Positions 10,482 to 19,880 of a stretch of DNA of 64,000 bases are shown one piece after another (within the stretch, counting starts at the first letter, position 1; the number at the start of each line of letters is the position of its first letter). The stretch covers positions 224,001 to 288,000 of the forward strand of contig JBHYGA010000004.1 in assembly GCA_051859245.1 (NCBI GenBank). Reading direction: 5' to 3'. The DNA comes from Gemmatimonadaceae bacterium. Its GTDB lineage: Bacteria; Gemmatimonadota; Gemmatimonadetes; Gemmatimonadales; Gemmatimonadaceae. The translations under genes were made by a program, and so were the position numbers. The notes under the pieces were generated by a model that had not been told where the DNA came from, did not search any database, and worked only from the letters and a program-made list of their open reading frames with translations.

Positions 10482-10826
10482 TCAGGCCTGGAGTTCGCGA
10501 ACCGGACGCACTTCAATGCTTCCGACACGCGCGGGTGGAATGCGTGACGCAATCTGAATCGCTTCGTTCAGATCACGCGCGTCAATGAGATAGAATCCAG
10601 CCAATGCTTCTTTGGTCTCGGCAAATGGACCATCCGTCACGGACGTTTTGCCGTGTCGCACGCGCACCGTCGTTGCGCTGTGCACCATTTCGAGCGCCTG
10701 GCCGCCGAGCATGTGCCCGCTCTGGGTGAGACCGGCGCTGAAGGCCATGCACTCGCTATCCGGCGGGCTCTCCGGCAGCGAATGGAGCTTGGACTCCTCG
10801 CAGTACACAAGACACACGTACTTCAT
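10482..10826 (-). CDS. YciI/DGPF-domain protein
   Basis: VTDGPFAETKEALAGFY, SIEVRPV. Start moved to ATG at 10826. Confidence 0.92.
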   Translation of the reverse strand: MKYVCLVYCEESKLHSLPESPPDSECMAFSAGLTQSGHMLGGQALEMVHSATTVRVRHGKTSVTDGPFAETKEALAGFYLIDARDLNEAIQIASRIPPARVGSIEVRPVRELQA

Positions 10827-10868
10827 ACTCTGGCTCCGTGGTAATGGGAGAAATCGGTCGCTCAACAG

Positions 10869-12167
10869 TTAGTCGGACTGCGCCTGAGGCTTTCGACATG
10901 CATCGAGACGTCGCTCCAGATGCCGTCGCTCGGGCTCCAGCTGCACGTGGCGCAGCGCCTCGGTGAACGCCGCGCGCGCCTCGTCTATTCGACCCAGCCG
11001 CAGGTTCAGCTCTCCGCGGGACGCGTGCGCGAAGTGATAGGTCGCCAACGCCCCACGCACCATCAGCGAGTCGATCAACGCCAGACCGGCGGCCGGACCA
11101 TCGCGCATGGACACCGCGACGGCGCGATTGAGCGCGACCACCGGCGAGGGCTGCGCCGACAGCAACGCGTCGTACAACGCGACGATCCGCGACCAGTTGG
11201 TGGCCTCCATGTTTGGCGCCTCTGCGTGTACAGCCGAAATCGCCGCTTGCACGGTATACACGCCAACCACAGCGCCACGCATGGCCTGCGCAACAAGCGA
11301 CTGCCCTTCGTTGATCAGCTCGCGATTCCAGCGTGCGCGATCCTGGTCTTCGAGCAGGATCAGCTCACCCGCCGCCGTGCTTCGTGCATCGCGCCGCGAT
11401 TCGTGCAGCAACATCAGGGCGAGCAATCCCTGCGCATCAGGCTCGGGTAACAGCTCCACGAGCAGTCGGGCCAGACGGATCGCTTCGGCCGACAGCGATG
11501 CACGCGTTACCTCCTCGCCACTGCTCGGCGAGTATCCCTCGTTGAAGACGAGGTAAATCACGCGCAGCACCGCATCGAGACGCTCCGGCAGCTCGGCGGC
11601 GGTGGGAATCTGATACGGTATGCGAGCGTCGCGAATTTTTGCTTTGGCGCGCACAATGCGCTGCGCGAGCGTTGGTGCACCGGTGAGAAAAGCGCGGGCG
11701 ATTTCTTCCGTGGTCAAACCGCATACTTCACGCAAGGTGAGTGCGATCTGTGCGTCGGGTGCGAGCGCCGGGTGACAGCACGTAAAGATCAAGCGCAGCC
11801 GATCGTCTTCCAACGGTTCGTCATCCCACGATGCGGCTTCAGCCGGCACCGACAGCTGCGCCGACGCTTCGTCGCTCAGGGCTTCGAATCGCGCTTCGCG
11901 TCGCATGCGATCAATGGCCTTGAACCGTCCCGCCGACACCAGCCACGCGCGCGGATTTTTGGGCACACCATCGCGCGGCCACTGGTCGAGGGCGGCACGA
12001 AATGCGTCTTGCATGGCCTCTTCGGCGGCATCAAAATCGCCAAGGATGCGAATGAGCGTAGCGAGGACACGCCGAGAGTCCTGACGGTACACCTGATCGA
12101 CCGCGTCGCGCACGTCGTCGTGCACCGATGCAACGGCCGACATGACGGCAGGGGAGGCCGTGGACAT
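10869..12167 (-). CDS. ECF sigma factor with long TPR-containing C-terminal extension (ECF42 type)
   Basis: DAAEEAMQDAF, DDRLRLIFTCCHPAL, YLVFNEGY, SPVVALNRAVA; adjacent DGPF gene; AGGAG RBS before ATG 12167. Confidence 0.92.
   Translation of the reverse strand: MSTASPAVMSAVASVHDDVRDAVDQVYRQDSRRVLATLIRILGDFDAAEEAMQDAFRAALDQWPRDGVPKNPRAWLVSAGRFKAIDRMRREARFEALSDEASAQLSVPAEAASWDDEPLEDDRLRLIFTCCHPALAPDAQIALTLREVCGLTTEEIARAFLTGAPTLAQRIVRAKAKIRDARIPYQIPTAAELPERLDAVLRVIYLVFNEGYSPSSGEEVTRASLSAEAIRLARLLVELLPEPDAQGLLALMLLHESRRDARSTAAGELILLEDQDRARWNRELINEGQSLVAQAMRGAVVGVYTVQAAISAVHAEAPNMEATNWSRIVALYDALLSAQPSPVVALNRAVAVSMRDGPAAGLALIDSLMVRGALATYHFAHASRGELNLRLGRIDEARAAFTEALRHVQLEPERRHLERRLDACRKPQAQSD
10872..10898 (-). 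promoter_or_regulatory. Putative ECF42-dependent promoter (TGTCGA-N17-CGAC) for the DGPF-VOC genes
   Basis: Minus strand reads TGTCGA aagcctcaggcgcagtc CGAC, inside the last codons of the sigma gene; matches the ECF42 consensus as I recall it. Confidence 0.6.
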
Positions 12168-12386
12168 CGTATTCTCCTGGGGTGGGCAGGGGCGGGGCGT
12201 TTGAACATACCATGCGGACACACCCGCGGCTCCGTGCGCCTCGTCACGATCATGGACTTTCGATCGCGCTCACTTGCCGACCCGACCTGCGGACTGCAGC
12301 GTATCTGACACGCCGGTGGCCTGGTCATTGTTCTGATCAGCTCCCTTCCACGTCTCGGCCGCCCACTCACGCATCGGAGAAAGGTC

Positions 12387-12821
12387 ATGCACTACGAGAA
12401 GCAGGACGCGTTTCAGGATCCACCAGTTGTGTGCCGCGTCACGCCCGACGGAGAGGTGATCTGCGACAGTGGCACAGCCATGACCATCGTGCCGCAAGAC
12501 CAAACCATGCGCGCGAATCTTGCGGACGCGATTCAGGCCGCGTTTCCTGGCGAGTGGGGTCCGAACAAGATCCAACTCGCCTTGAATCTGCTCAGCGTGC
12601 TTGGGCAGTCCACGATCCCGGATTCGCCCAACGTGCCGCGACGCGCGGCGGCCGTGCTCGACTCCGCGCGCGACCTGATGTCGCCGCAGCCACCGTCAAT
12701 CATGCTCTTTAACTTTTCTGAACAGCCGGCCAATGTGTTGGGCGCGTGGTTTCAGAATCGCGCTGAACTGGTTCGCATGCAGAAGATGTATGAGATCTTC
12801 AAACGACCGATCCAACCATGA
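12387..12821 (+). CDS. Hypothetical protein
   Basis: 144-aa ORF with GGAGAAAGG RBS in otherwise unoccupied space. Confidence 0.7.
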   Translation: MHYEKQDAFQDPPVVCRVTPDGEVICDSGTAMTIVPQDQTMRANLADAIQAAFPGEWGPNKIQLALNLLSVLGQSTIPDSPNVPRRAAAVLDSARDLMSPQPPSIMLFNFSEQPANVLGAWFQNRAELVRMQKMYEIFKRPIQP

Positions 12822-12827
12822 GCGTTG

Positions 12828-15374
12828 TTACTGCGCCTCGGTGATCGCGAGAAATTTCGCGTTGGTGCGCAGGGCATCGAACCACGGACTCTGTCGCACC
12901 TGACCACGCAGCGCGGGATTGGCGCGCACGTAGCGTTCCAGTAGTTCAATCGCGCGATCCGCATCACCGAGGATGCTGTGCACGTGCGCTTCGCCGTAGT
13001 CCAGTTGCAGCGATTCCGCATCGCTCGTAGCGCTCGCACGCGTGGTGGCCACGATCGCGCGCGCACTGTCGGCCAATCCGGCACGCGCCGCAATCGCGGC
13101 CACCAGCAAGCGAAACGTGCCACGACCTGATGCCAGTTGGTTCAGTGAATCGCGCGCTTCGCTGGTTCGCAGCAGCTGCCACGCGGTTTCAACATCCGCG
13201 GGTGTGTTTCCCGTCCAGCCCAGAATGGTGAGTTCGCACCCCCAGAACCGTGGGTCAGCCGGAAAGCGCTGCTGCCCGTAGGCACACCATGTGCGCGCAT
13301 CATCCGGTCGACGGCTGGCCAGCGATGTAAACGACAGCCTGGCCACCACCGCGTTCGATTGTTCGAGAAACGCGTCGGCCTTGAGTGCCGCTTCAGCGGC
13401 TGTTCGCGCCTCCGCATACTTGCCCGTCATCTGCAGCAGCATGCTGAGATCATTCCAGGCGACGGCCATGTCGCGGCGACGCTCCACAGCATAACGAAAG
13501 TCGGCCTCCGCCGCCGCGCGCAGCGAATCGTGCGCAATAGGCCGCGCGGTTCGCCACAGTTCCAGTCGTGCTTTGCCTCGCAGATGACGTGCTTTGGCGT
13601 CGGAGTTGCGCCGCGCCAACGCGCGTTCAGCAACGCGCACCGCTTCTCGCCGCAATGCCGTGGGATCCGCCAATGACACCGCCGACACATCTCGATTGGT
13701 AAACCGCGCGTTGTCCTCAAGGTTCGCACGCAAGAGCAGCAGTCGGCCCTGCTGCACGTACGGTTCGGTCCATCGATCATCCAATTGCGACGCGCGCTGC
13801 AGCAGCGAGTCTGCCGTGGCAAATTTTCGCGCACGTTCACTCGCGCTCAGTGAGCCGGACTTGAGCAGCTCACGTTCGATCATGGACTGCGCCTGGGCAC
13901 TGAGCGCCCACGCCTCAGGATCCTTGACCTCCTCGCGCTGTCGCGCAACGATCTGATTGCCAAGCTGCGCGCGAAGAAAATCCGTGACGGAATCAAGAAT
14001 TGCCGATCGTACGCTCAGCACGTCGTCCCATGCACCGATTACATCAACCGTGGCGAGCTGCGCATTGCCCACGGCTTCAATAAGGCGAACAGTCACACGC
14101 ACGCTGTCCCCAAACTCGCGCACATCACCGGTGACCAGACTGCCAACGTTGAGAATGCGCGCAACACTATCGGGAGAAAGCGTGGTGTTACTGAACGGGG
14201 CAACGCCGTTGCGCGAGATCATGAGCAGCGCTGGATATTGCGCGAGCTCGTCGATCAGATCGGTTGTCAGGCCATGGGCGACAGCGGTGAGCGACGGATT
14301 CGGCGACAGAACACCAAACGGCAAGACGGCGACACGCGCTTGCATTGGCGGCTCGACCGACGCGGCCGGCGCACGTCGCGCTTTTGCGGCGAACAGACCA
14401 ATCACCGTCACGGCCGCCAGTGAAAGCGCACCAACCACGATTGAACGCCGCCGATGCGTTGTGCGTGCAACCGAAGCAATGCGCGTCGGTCTGGACGAAT
14501 CTTCGATGTCTTCAATCGCGTGGAGAAATTCCTTGGCCGAGGCGAACCGGTCGGAGCGCTCCGGTGCCAAGGCGCGACGCAAGACGTGTTCAAGCTGCGC
14601 CGGTGCGGCCGGTCGCATGTCGACCACCCCAACAAACGCGCCCTTCATTTTGCGCGCAATGATCGACTGCGCGGTTGGCGCGTCAAACGGCGTGACACCC
14701 GTAATCATTTCGTACAGCACGCAACCGAGTGAGTACAAGTCGGTGCGCACGTCCACGCTGGTATCACCGAGTGCCTGTTCCGGGCTCATGTACGCCGGTG
14801 TGCCCACCGCGAAGCCCGAAATGGTGATGGCGGTGCGCACATCGGATACGCTCTCGGCGCCGCTGAACGTGCGTGCGAGACCAAAATCCGCAACCACCGC
14901 GTGATCTGCGGAGAGCAACACGTTCGCTGGTTTGATATCCCGATGTATCACACCCTGCGCGTGTGCGTACTGCAGTGCGTCGAGAATTTCCCGCGTAATG
15001 CGCAGCGCGTCTGCCACATTCAACCGCGTTTCGCGCCGGATGCGTTCGGCCAGCGACTCGCCCTCGATCAAGGGCATCACGTAATACGGCGTGATGCGTC
15101 CTTCGTCATCAACCGATTCGCCCGAATCGAGCAACGGCAGAATGTTGGGATGCGACAGACCCGACGCGACGGTGATTTCTCGACGAAACCGTTCGGCACC
15201 AATCAGCTGTGCCACTTCGGCGCGCAGCACCTTGATGGCCACGCGTCGTTCACGCTTGAGATCGCGCGCTTTATAGACAACGGCCATACCGCCGGTGCCG
15301 AGAACCCCTTCGATTTTGTATTCGCCGGCCGGGAAGCGCGGCTCTGACTGGACCGGAGACATGTGCTCTGCCAT
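12828..15374 (-). CDS. Ser/Thr protein kinase with TM, TolB-N-like and TPR-like domains
   Basis: LGTGGMAVV, VAIK, HRDIKPAN, DFG, GTPAYMSPEQ, VAVLPF. Start at 15374 or 15362. Confidence 0.92.
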   Translation of the reverse strand: MAEHMSPVQSEPRFPAGEYKIEGVLGTGGMAVVYKARDLKRERRVAIKVLRAEVAQLIGAERFRREITVASGLSHPNILPLLDSGESVDDEGRITPYYVMPLIEGESLAERIRRETRLNVADALRITREILDALQYAHAQGVIHRDIKPANVLLSADHAVVADFGLARTFSGAESVSDVRTAITISGFAVGTPAYMSPEQALGDTSVDVRTDLYSLGCVLYEMITGVTPFDAPTAQSIIARKMKGAFVGVVDMRPAAPAQLEHVLRRALAPERSDRFASAKEFLHAIEDIEDSSRPTRIASVARTTHRRRSIVVGALSLAAVTVIGLFAAKARRAPAASVEPPMQARVAVLPFGVLSPNPSLTAVAHGLTTDLIDELAQYPALLMISRNGVAPFSNTTLSPDSVARILNVGSLVTGDVREFGDSVRVTVRLIEAVGNAQLATVDVIGAWDDVLSVRSAILDSVTDFLRAQLGNQIVARQREEVKDPEAWALSAQAQSMIERELLKSGSLSASERARKFATADSLLQRASQLDDRWTEPYVQQGRLLLLRANLEDNARFTNRDVSAVSLADPTALRREAVRVAERALARRNSDAKARHLRGKARLELWRTARPIAHDSLRAAAEADFRYAVERRRDMAVAWNDLSMLLQMTGKYAEARTAAEAALKADAFLEQSNAVVARLSFTSLASRRPDDARTWCAYGQQRFPADPRFWGCELTILGWTGNTPADVETAWQLLRTSEARDSLNQLASGRGTFRLLVAAIAARAGLADSARAIVATTRASATSDAESLQLDYGEAHVHSILGDADRAIELLERYVRANPALRGQVRQSPWFDALRTNAKFLAITEAQ

Positions 15375-15489
15375 CGATGGGGGGACGTGAATAGTGACGC
15401 TCCCGAACAGCCGGGGCAAGCAGCGTGAGGCCACGAACAGCCTGATGCTGCCACTTGAGCAGGGGCGTGCAGTTAACGACACTGCGCAC

Positions 15490-16311
15490 ATGACACGATT
15501 CCGCGTTTCTCGCAGCCTCTCGTCGCCCATCGCGCGCCGCGGCACGGCGCCCAGGCGAATTTTCCAGTTCGCGGCAGCACTCGTCGCATCGCTGGCGCCG
15601 TTGTCGCTGCGTGCGCAGCCGTGGACGACGGTCCAACAGGGATCAAGCTGGTACGCAGGCTTTGTAGATCACGCACTCACGGATCGATCGGCGCTCTGGT
15701 TCGATGCGCAGTGGCGTCGCATGGGCGCGGTCTCCGAGCCGCAGCAGTTGCTCATTCGTCCGGGCGTGCAATACACGCTCGCGCCCGGTGTGCGTGCGGG
15801 TGCTGGCTACGCCTACATCGCCACCGCGCCCTACGGCGAAGCGCCGATCACGCAGCCGCTTCGTGAACATCGGCTCTGGCAACAGCTGTTGCTCTCGCAC
15901 CGTGCGGGAGCACTTTCGGTGAGCCATCGCTATCGGTGGGAGCAGCGGTGGCTGCAATCCGTGGTGGGCGAGGATCTGACACCGTCGCAGTATCAGCAGC
16001 GCGCGCGATACATGGTCCGTGCGCAGGGATCACTGCCGGGCGTGCGCGTGGGTGATCGCGCGGTGCTTGGATTTGTGTGGGATGAGCTGCTCATGCCCGT
16101 TGGACATGCCGACGCCAAGCTTCGCGTGACGCAGAACCGCATTGGCGGTGGTATCGGCATTCCGTTGACGGCGACACAGCGCGTTGAAGTCGGCTATATG
16201 AACCTGTGGAACGCGCTGCCAGCGCGGCGTGTGAATGAAGTGAATCACACGCTCACGCTGTCGTGGGTGTGGACTAAGGCGTCGCCGTCGCCGGCTCCGG
16301 CGCAAAAATGA
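15490..16311 (+). CDS. DUF2490 family outer-membrane beta-barrel-like protein
   Basis: Signal peptide, QLLIRPG, EHRLWQQ, HRYRWEQRW, QNR, EVGYMN. Start uncertain. Confidence 0.85.
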   Translation: MTRFRVSRSLSSPIARRGTAPRRIFQFAAALVASLAPLSLRAQPWTTVQQGSSWYAGFVDHALTDRSALWFDAQWRRMGAVSEPQQLLIRPGVQYTLAPGVRAGAGYAYIATAPYGEAPITQPLREHRLWQQLLLSHRAGALSVSHRYRWEQRWLQSVVGEDLTPSQYQQRARYMVRAQGSLPGVRVGDRAVLGFVWDELLMPVGHADAKLRVTQNRIGGGIGIPLTATQRVEVGYMNLWNALPARRVNEVNHTLTLSWVWTKASPSPAPAQK

Positions 16312-16816
16312 GCAGATTTTCGCCCGTTGCCGACACCAGATAGAGCTGATCGCTCGCAATCACATACGTCGCAATTTTGGGTAAGTGCGTCAGCATGGTC
16401 TGCTCCTGTTTCATCTGCGCTTCCGGACAGGCCTTTTTGGTGGACGCACCGGCAGTCACCGTGATTGACTGACCGTTCACGGTGTAGCCAGCGAGCATGT
16501 TGTTGCACCCCGTAGTCCCGGTCATCCGGCCACCGGCAAAGGTGAGCGTGGCGGGCGCGATTGCGGTATCGCGAGCGCCGGCTTCACCGAGCATGTCAAC
16601 CAGCCGCCACGTCGTGCCTTCCAGCGCACGCACTGGCGTGTTCGCCATCATCGACGACGCGGGCGCCATGGTGGGTGTCGAGTCACCAATTGCGTTTGCA
16701 GCGGCGTCTTCGGTATTCGCGGCGGTTTTATCGCCGCACGCGGCGCTCAGTGTGAGCGCAGACAAACAGAGCAACATTCGCGCGCCAGAGGGCACACGCA
16801 TCGCCAATCGAGGCAT
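16274..16816 (-). CDS. META-domain (HslJ-like) lipoprotein
   Basis: SAAC lipobox, LEGTTWRL, GTTGCN, STKKAC. Confidence 0.88.
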   Translation of the reverse strand: MPRLAMRVPSGARMLLCLSALTLSAACGDKTAANTEDAAANAIGDSTPTMAPASSMMANTPVRALEGTTWRLVDMLGEAGARDTAIAPATLTFAGGRMTGTTGCNNMLAGYTVNGQSITVTAGASTKKACPEAQMKQEQTMLTHLPKIATYVIASDQLYLVSATGENLLIFAPEPATATP

Positions 16817-16834
16817 CAGGTCATTCCTTGGTTG

Positions 16835-17770
16835 TTAGTTCGCGCTGGCAGCCTTCTTGGGCCACACCTTTTTTACTCCGGTCACTACGGCGACAACGAT
16901 TCCACCAGCCACAATACCCACGATCGCATCGAGGAGTGTCTTTACAATCGTTCCTGCCACGCCCTCACCGGCGCCGCTACTGAGTGAGTGCACCAGATGG
17001 TCGAGCGCCGGTATGCCGTGCGTGAGAATACCGCCACCCACCATGAACATCGCGGCGGTGCCAACGATGGAGAGCGTTTTCATCAGGTACGGCGCCGTGA
17101 CCAGAATGCCTTTACCCAGACTGCGCTTGAACGCTTCGTCTGCTGGTGCGCTGTGCCATCGCAGACCGAGATCATCAAGCTTCACGATGCCGGCAACGAG
17201 GCCGTACACCAGTACCGTGACCGCGACCGCAATAAACGTCAGAGAAGCAATCTGCCGGCTCATATCGGCGGTGGCCATCGTGCCCAGCGCAATCACAACG
17301 ATTTCGGCGGACAGAATAAAGTCGGTGCGAATGGCGCCCTTGATGCGATCACGCTCAAGTGCGACCAGATCGATTTCCGGATTCGCCAACGCTTCAACGC
17401 GCTTGCTCCGACGCGCATTTTCTTCCGGTTCGTCGTGCGGCAGCAGTTTATGCGCCACCTTTTCGAAACCTTCGTAGCACAGGAACAAGCCGCCAATCAT
17501 GAGCAGCGGTGTAATCGCCTGCGGCATGAACGCGCTGATCAACAGCGCGGCGGGCACCAGAATGAGCTTGTTCACAAAGGAACCCTTCGTGACGGCCCAC
17601 ACGACGGGCAGCTCACGATCCGCTTTCAGTCCGCTCACCTGTTCGGCGTTGAGCGCCAGATCGTCGCCCATCACGCCGCTTGTTTTCTTGGCCGCGACTT
17701 TGCTCAACACGGCAACATCGTCGAGCAGCGTAGTAATGTCGTCCAGCAGAGCGAGCAGGCTCGATGCCAT
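16835..17770 (-). CDS. DUF808 (YedI-like) inner-membrane protein
   Basis: LLALLDDI, GDDLALNAEQV, RELPVVW, GAIRTDFILSAEI. Confidence 0.93.
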   Translation of the reverse strand: MASSLLALLDDITTLLDDVAVLSKVAAKKTSGVMGDDLALNAEQVSGLKADRELPVVWAVTKGSFVNKLILVPAALLISAFMPQAITPLLMIGGLFLCYEGFEKVAHKLLPHDEPEENARRSKRVEALANPEIDLVALERDRIKGAIRTDFILSAEIVVIALGTMATADMSRQIASLTFIAVAVTVLVYGLVAGIVKLDDLGLRWHSAPADEAFKRSLGKGILVTAPYLMKTLSIVGTAAMFMVGGGILTHGIPALDHLVHSLSSGAGEGVAGTIVKTLLDAIVGIVAGGIVVAVVTGVKKVWPKKAASAN

Positions 17771-17844
17771 TGAGTCAGTGGTGGGGGGCAGTTGACGGCG
17801 TGAGGGCTGCGCTTGAGCTTAGCTCACAGGCACTCGCGCTCCAA

Positions 17845-19725
17845 ATGCACGCGGTGCACCCGCCCGTTACACCCTCTGATCGCCTCCCGACCCACGGTAC
17901 TGTGCACACACCAGACGACGTTCTCGATCAAATCCAGGCCAACCTCGCAGGTGCAATGCCGCCTGAGCCGGTCACCGGCGTGGATCGCCGCCAGTTCATG
18001 TTCTATTCCCTGGTCGCCGCGGCAGCGTCAACGTTTGGGGCCAGTTCCGCGCAGGCCCAGCGCGCCAGCGCGCGCGGTGGCTCGGCCTTGTTGAGCGACG
18101 AGACCGCACGCGCGCTGGTAGCCGAGTCGCTCCTGCAGCCCACACTCGAACCGCTTGGGAACGGTGAAGCCCCTGCGATGCAGTTTCAGCCGTATCCCGG
18201 TGGTACCGGTGCGGCCATTGAACGGATGGCACGCGAACGCGGGTACGCCGCCTTCGAACGCAGCACGTTCACGGTCGAACCGTTTAGCGGAACGGTGCCC
18301 ACCTCGGCCGACGACCTCGCGTTTCTTCCCGCGCATCGTCTCTCGGCGCTGATCAAAGAGCGCAAGATTACGTCGGCGCGTTTGACAGACATTTATCTCA
18401 CGCGACTCAAGGCGCTCAATCCGACGCTCTTGTGCGCTGTCACCATTATGGAAGAACAGGCACGTCGCGAAGCTGCGCAGGCCGACGCGGAAATCGCGGC
18501 GGGCAACTATCGCGGACCGTTGCACGGACTGCCGTACGGCGTGAAAGATTTGTTCAACACCAAGGGCGTGCCTACCACGTGGGGCGCAGCCGATTTTCAG
18601 GATCGCATTATTGACAGCGACGCGGAAATCGTGGTGCGTTTGCGTAACGCGGGCGCCGTACTCATTGCAAAACTTTCCACGGGACTGTTCGCACAGAACG
18701 ATCAGTGGTTCCGTGGTCGCACCAACAATCCGTGGAATCTCACGCAGGGCGCCAGTGGATCATCCGCTGGTCCCGGTTCGGCAACGGCAGCGGCGTGTGT
18801 TGCCTTCAGCATTGGTACGGAAACGCAGGGTTCGATCGTTTCGCCGTCCATTCGCAACGGCGTGAGTGCGCTGCGTCCAACGTTTGGACGAGTGAGCCGC
18901 AGTGGCGGTATGGTGCTCGCATGGACGATGGATCGTGTCGGGCCGATGTGTCGCACCGTCGAAGATTGTGCCATGGTGTTCAACGTGATTCACGGTGTTG
19001 ACGAAACCGATCCGTCGACCATCACCATGCCGTTTCAGTACAATCGCAACATTGATGTCTCCAGTTTGCGTATCGGTGTCGACAACAATGCACCAAAAGA
19101 GTTTGTAGACGGCCTGCGTGCCATCGGTGTGCAGCCGCGCGAGATCGGTGCGCGGCCCACGGTGCCCGGTTCCGGCACCGGACTGAACGTGGAGTACGCG
19201 GCCGCGTTTGATGCGTACGTGCAGCGCAAAGCGAAAGAGATCGGACTCGATCTCACCACGCTGCCGGCCAACGGGGTGCCACCAGCCGCCACGCCGGCCC
19301 CGGGCACCACACCCAGTCCGATGGCACCGGCCGATTGGAATCCGCGCTTTGTGCGTGGACGCGTCACGCCGGGCTTTGAGTTTTTGCAGCAGCAGCGTCG
19401 TCGCTACATGCTCGTGGCCAAGTGGGGCGAGTTCATGAAAGATCTCGACATGTTTGTGGGCAACCCGACGGCCGATATCGGACCAAACGCGCAAACCGGA
19501 CATCCCTGCGTGGTGCTGCCGTACAAGTTTGAGGCGCCGGCACAGGGTGGCGGGCCAAACGCCGCGAATGCCGCGACGGCCAATCGACCGGCGCCACCAC
19601 CGCTCAATCCGCAGCCGATCTGCGCGGTGATCACAGGTGCGCTGTACCAGGACGACAAGATTCTCAGTGTGGCCCATCAGTTTCAGGCGCGCACCGACTT
19701 CCATTTGCGTCGTCCGCAGCTGTAA
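17845..19725 (+). CDS. Amidase-signature family enzyme with twin-arginine-like signal
   Basis: GPLHGLPYGVKD, GASGSSAG, GTETQGSI; DRRQFM...AQA signal. Start uncertain (17845, 17902 or later). Confidence 0.9.
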   Translation: MHAVHPPVTPSDRLPTHGTVHTPDDVLDQIQANLAGAMPPEPVTGVDRRQFMFYSLVAAAASTFGASSAQAQRASARGGSALLSDETARALVAESLLQPTLEPLGNGEAPAMQFQPYPGGTGAAIERMARERGYAAFERSTFTVEPFSGTVPTSADDLAFLPAHRLSALIKERKITSARLTDIYLTRLKALNPTLLCAVTIMEEQARREAAQADAEIAAGNYRGPLHGLPYGVKDLFNTKGVPTTWGAADFQDRIIDSDAEIVVRLRNAGAVLIAKLSTGLFAQNDQWFRGRTNNPWNLTQGASGSSAGPGSATAAACVAFSIGTETQGSIVSPSIRNGVSALRPTFGRVSRSGGMVLAWTMDRVGPMCRTVEDCAMVFNVIHGVDETDPSTITMPFQYNRNIDVSSLRIGVDNNAPKEFVDGLRAIGVQPREIGARPTVPGSGTGLNVEYAAAFDAYVQRKAKEIGLDLTTLPANGVPPAATPAPGTTPSPMAPADWNPRFVRGRVTPGFEFLQQQRRRYMLVAKWGEFMKDLDMFVGNPTADIGPNAQTGHPCVVLPYKFEAPAQGGGPNAANAATANRPAPPPLNPQPICAVITGALYQDDKILSVAHQFQARTDFHLRRPQL

Positions 19726-19794
19726 CTCGCACGTTCGACGCGGCGCGCGTAACAGTTCAGCTCGGCGGGTCAGTTGACCCAACAGTTTTTTTAT

Positions 19795-19875
19795 TGCTCC
19801 GGGTAGTGTCAGGTGTCGGATGCACTGTGCGCATACGTATGCGACTGCATCCGACCCCTGATCTTCTTCGGAGCA
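19795..19875 (+). promoter_or_regulatory. Long imperfect hairpin covering the RBS of the downstream gene
   Basis: Nested stems TGCTCCG/CGGAGCA, TCAGG/CCTGA, GTCGGATGCA/TGCATCCGAC, CGCAT/ATGCG. Confidence 0.6.
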
Positions 19876-19880
19876 TTGTG

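Noticed and set aside
16274..16311. 38-nt convergent overlap of the DUF2490 and META genes
   Set aside because: Short tail-to-tail overlaps in low-complexity C-termini are common; there is no sign of function.
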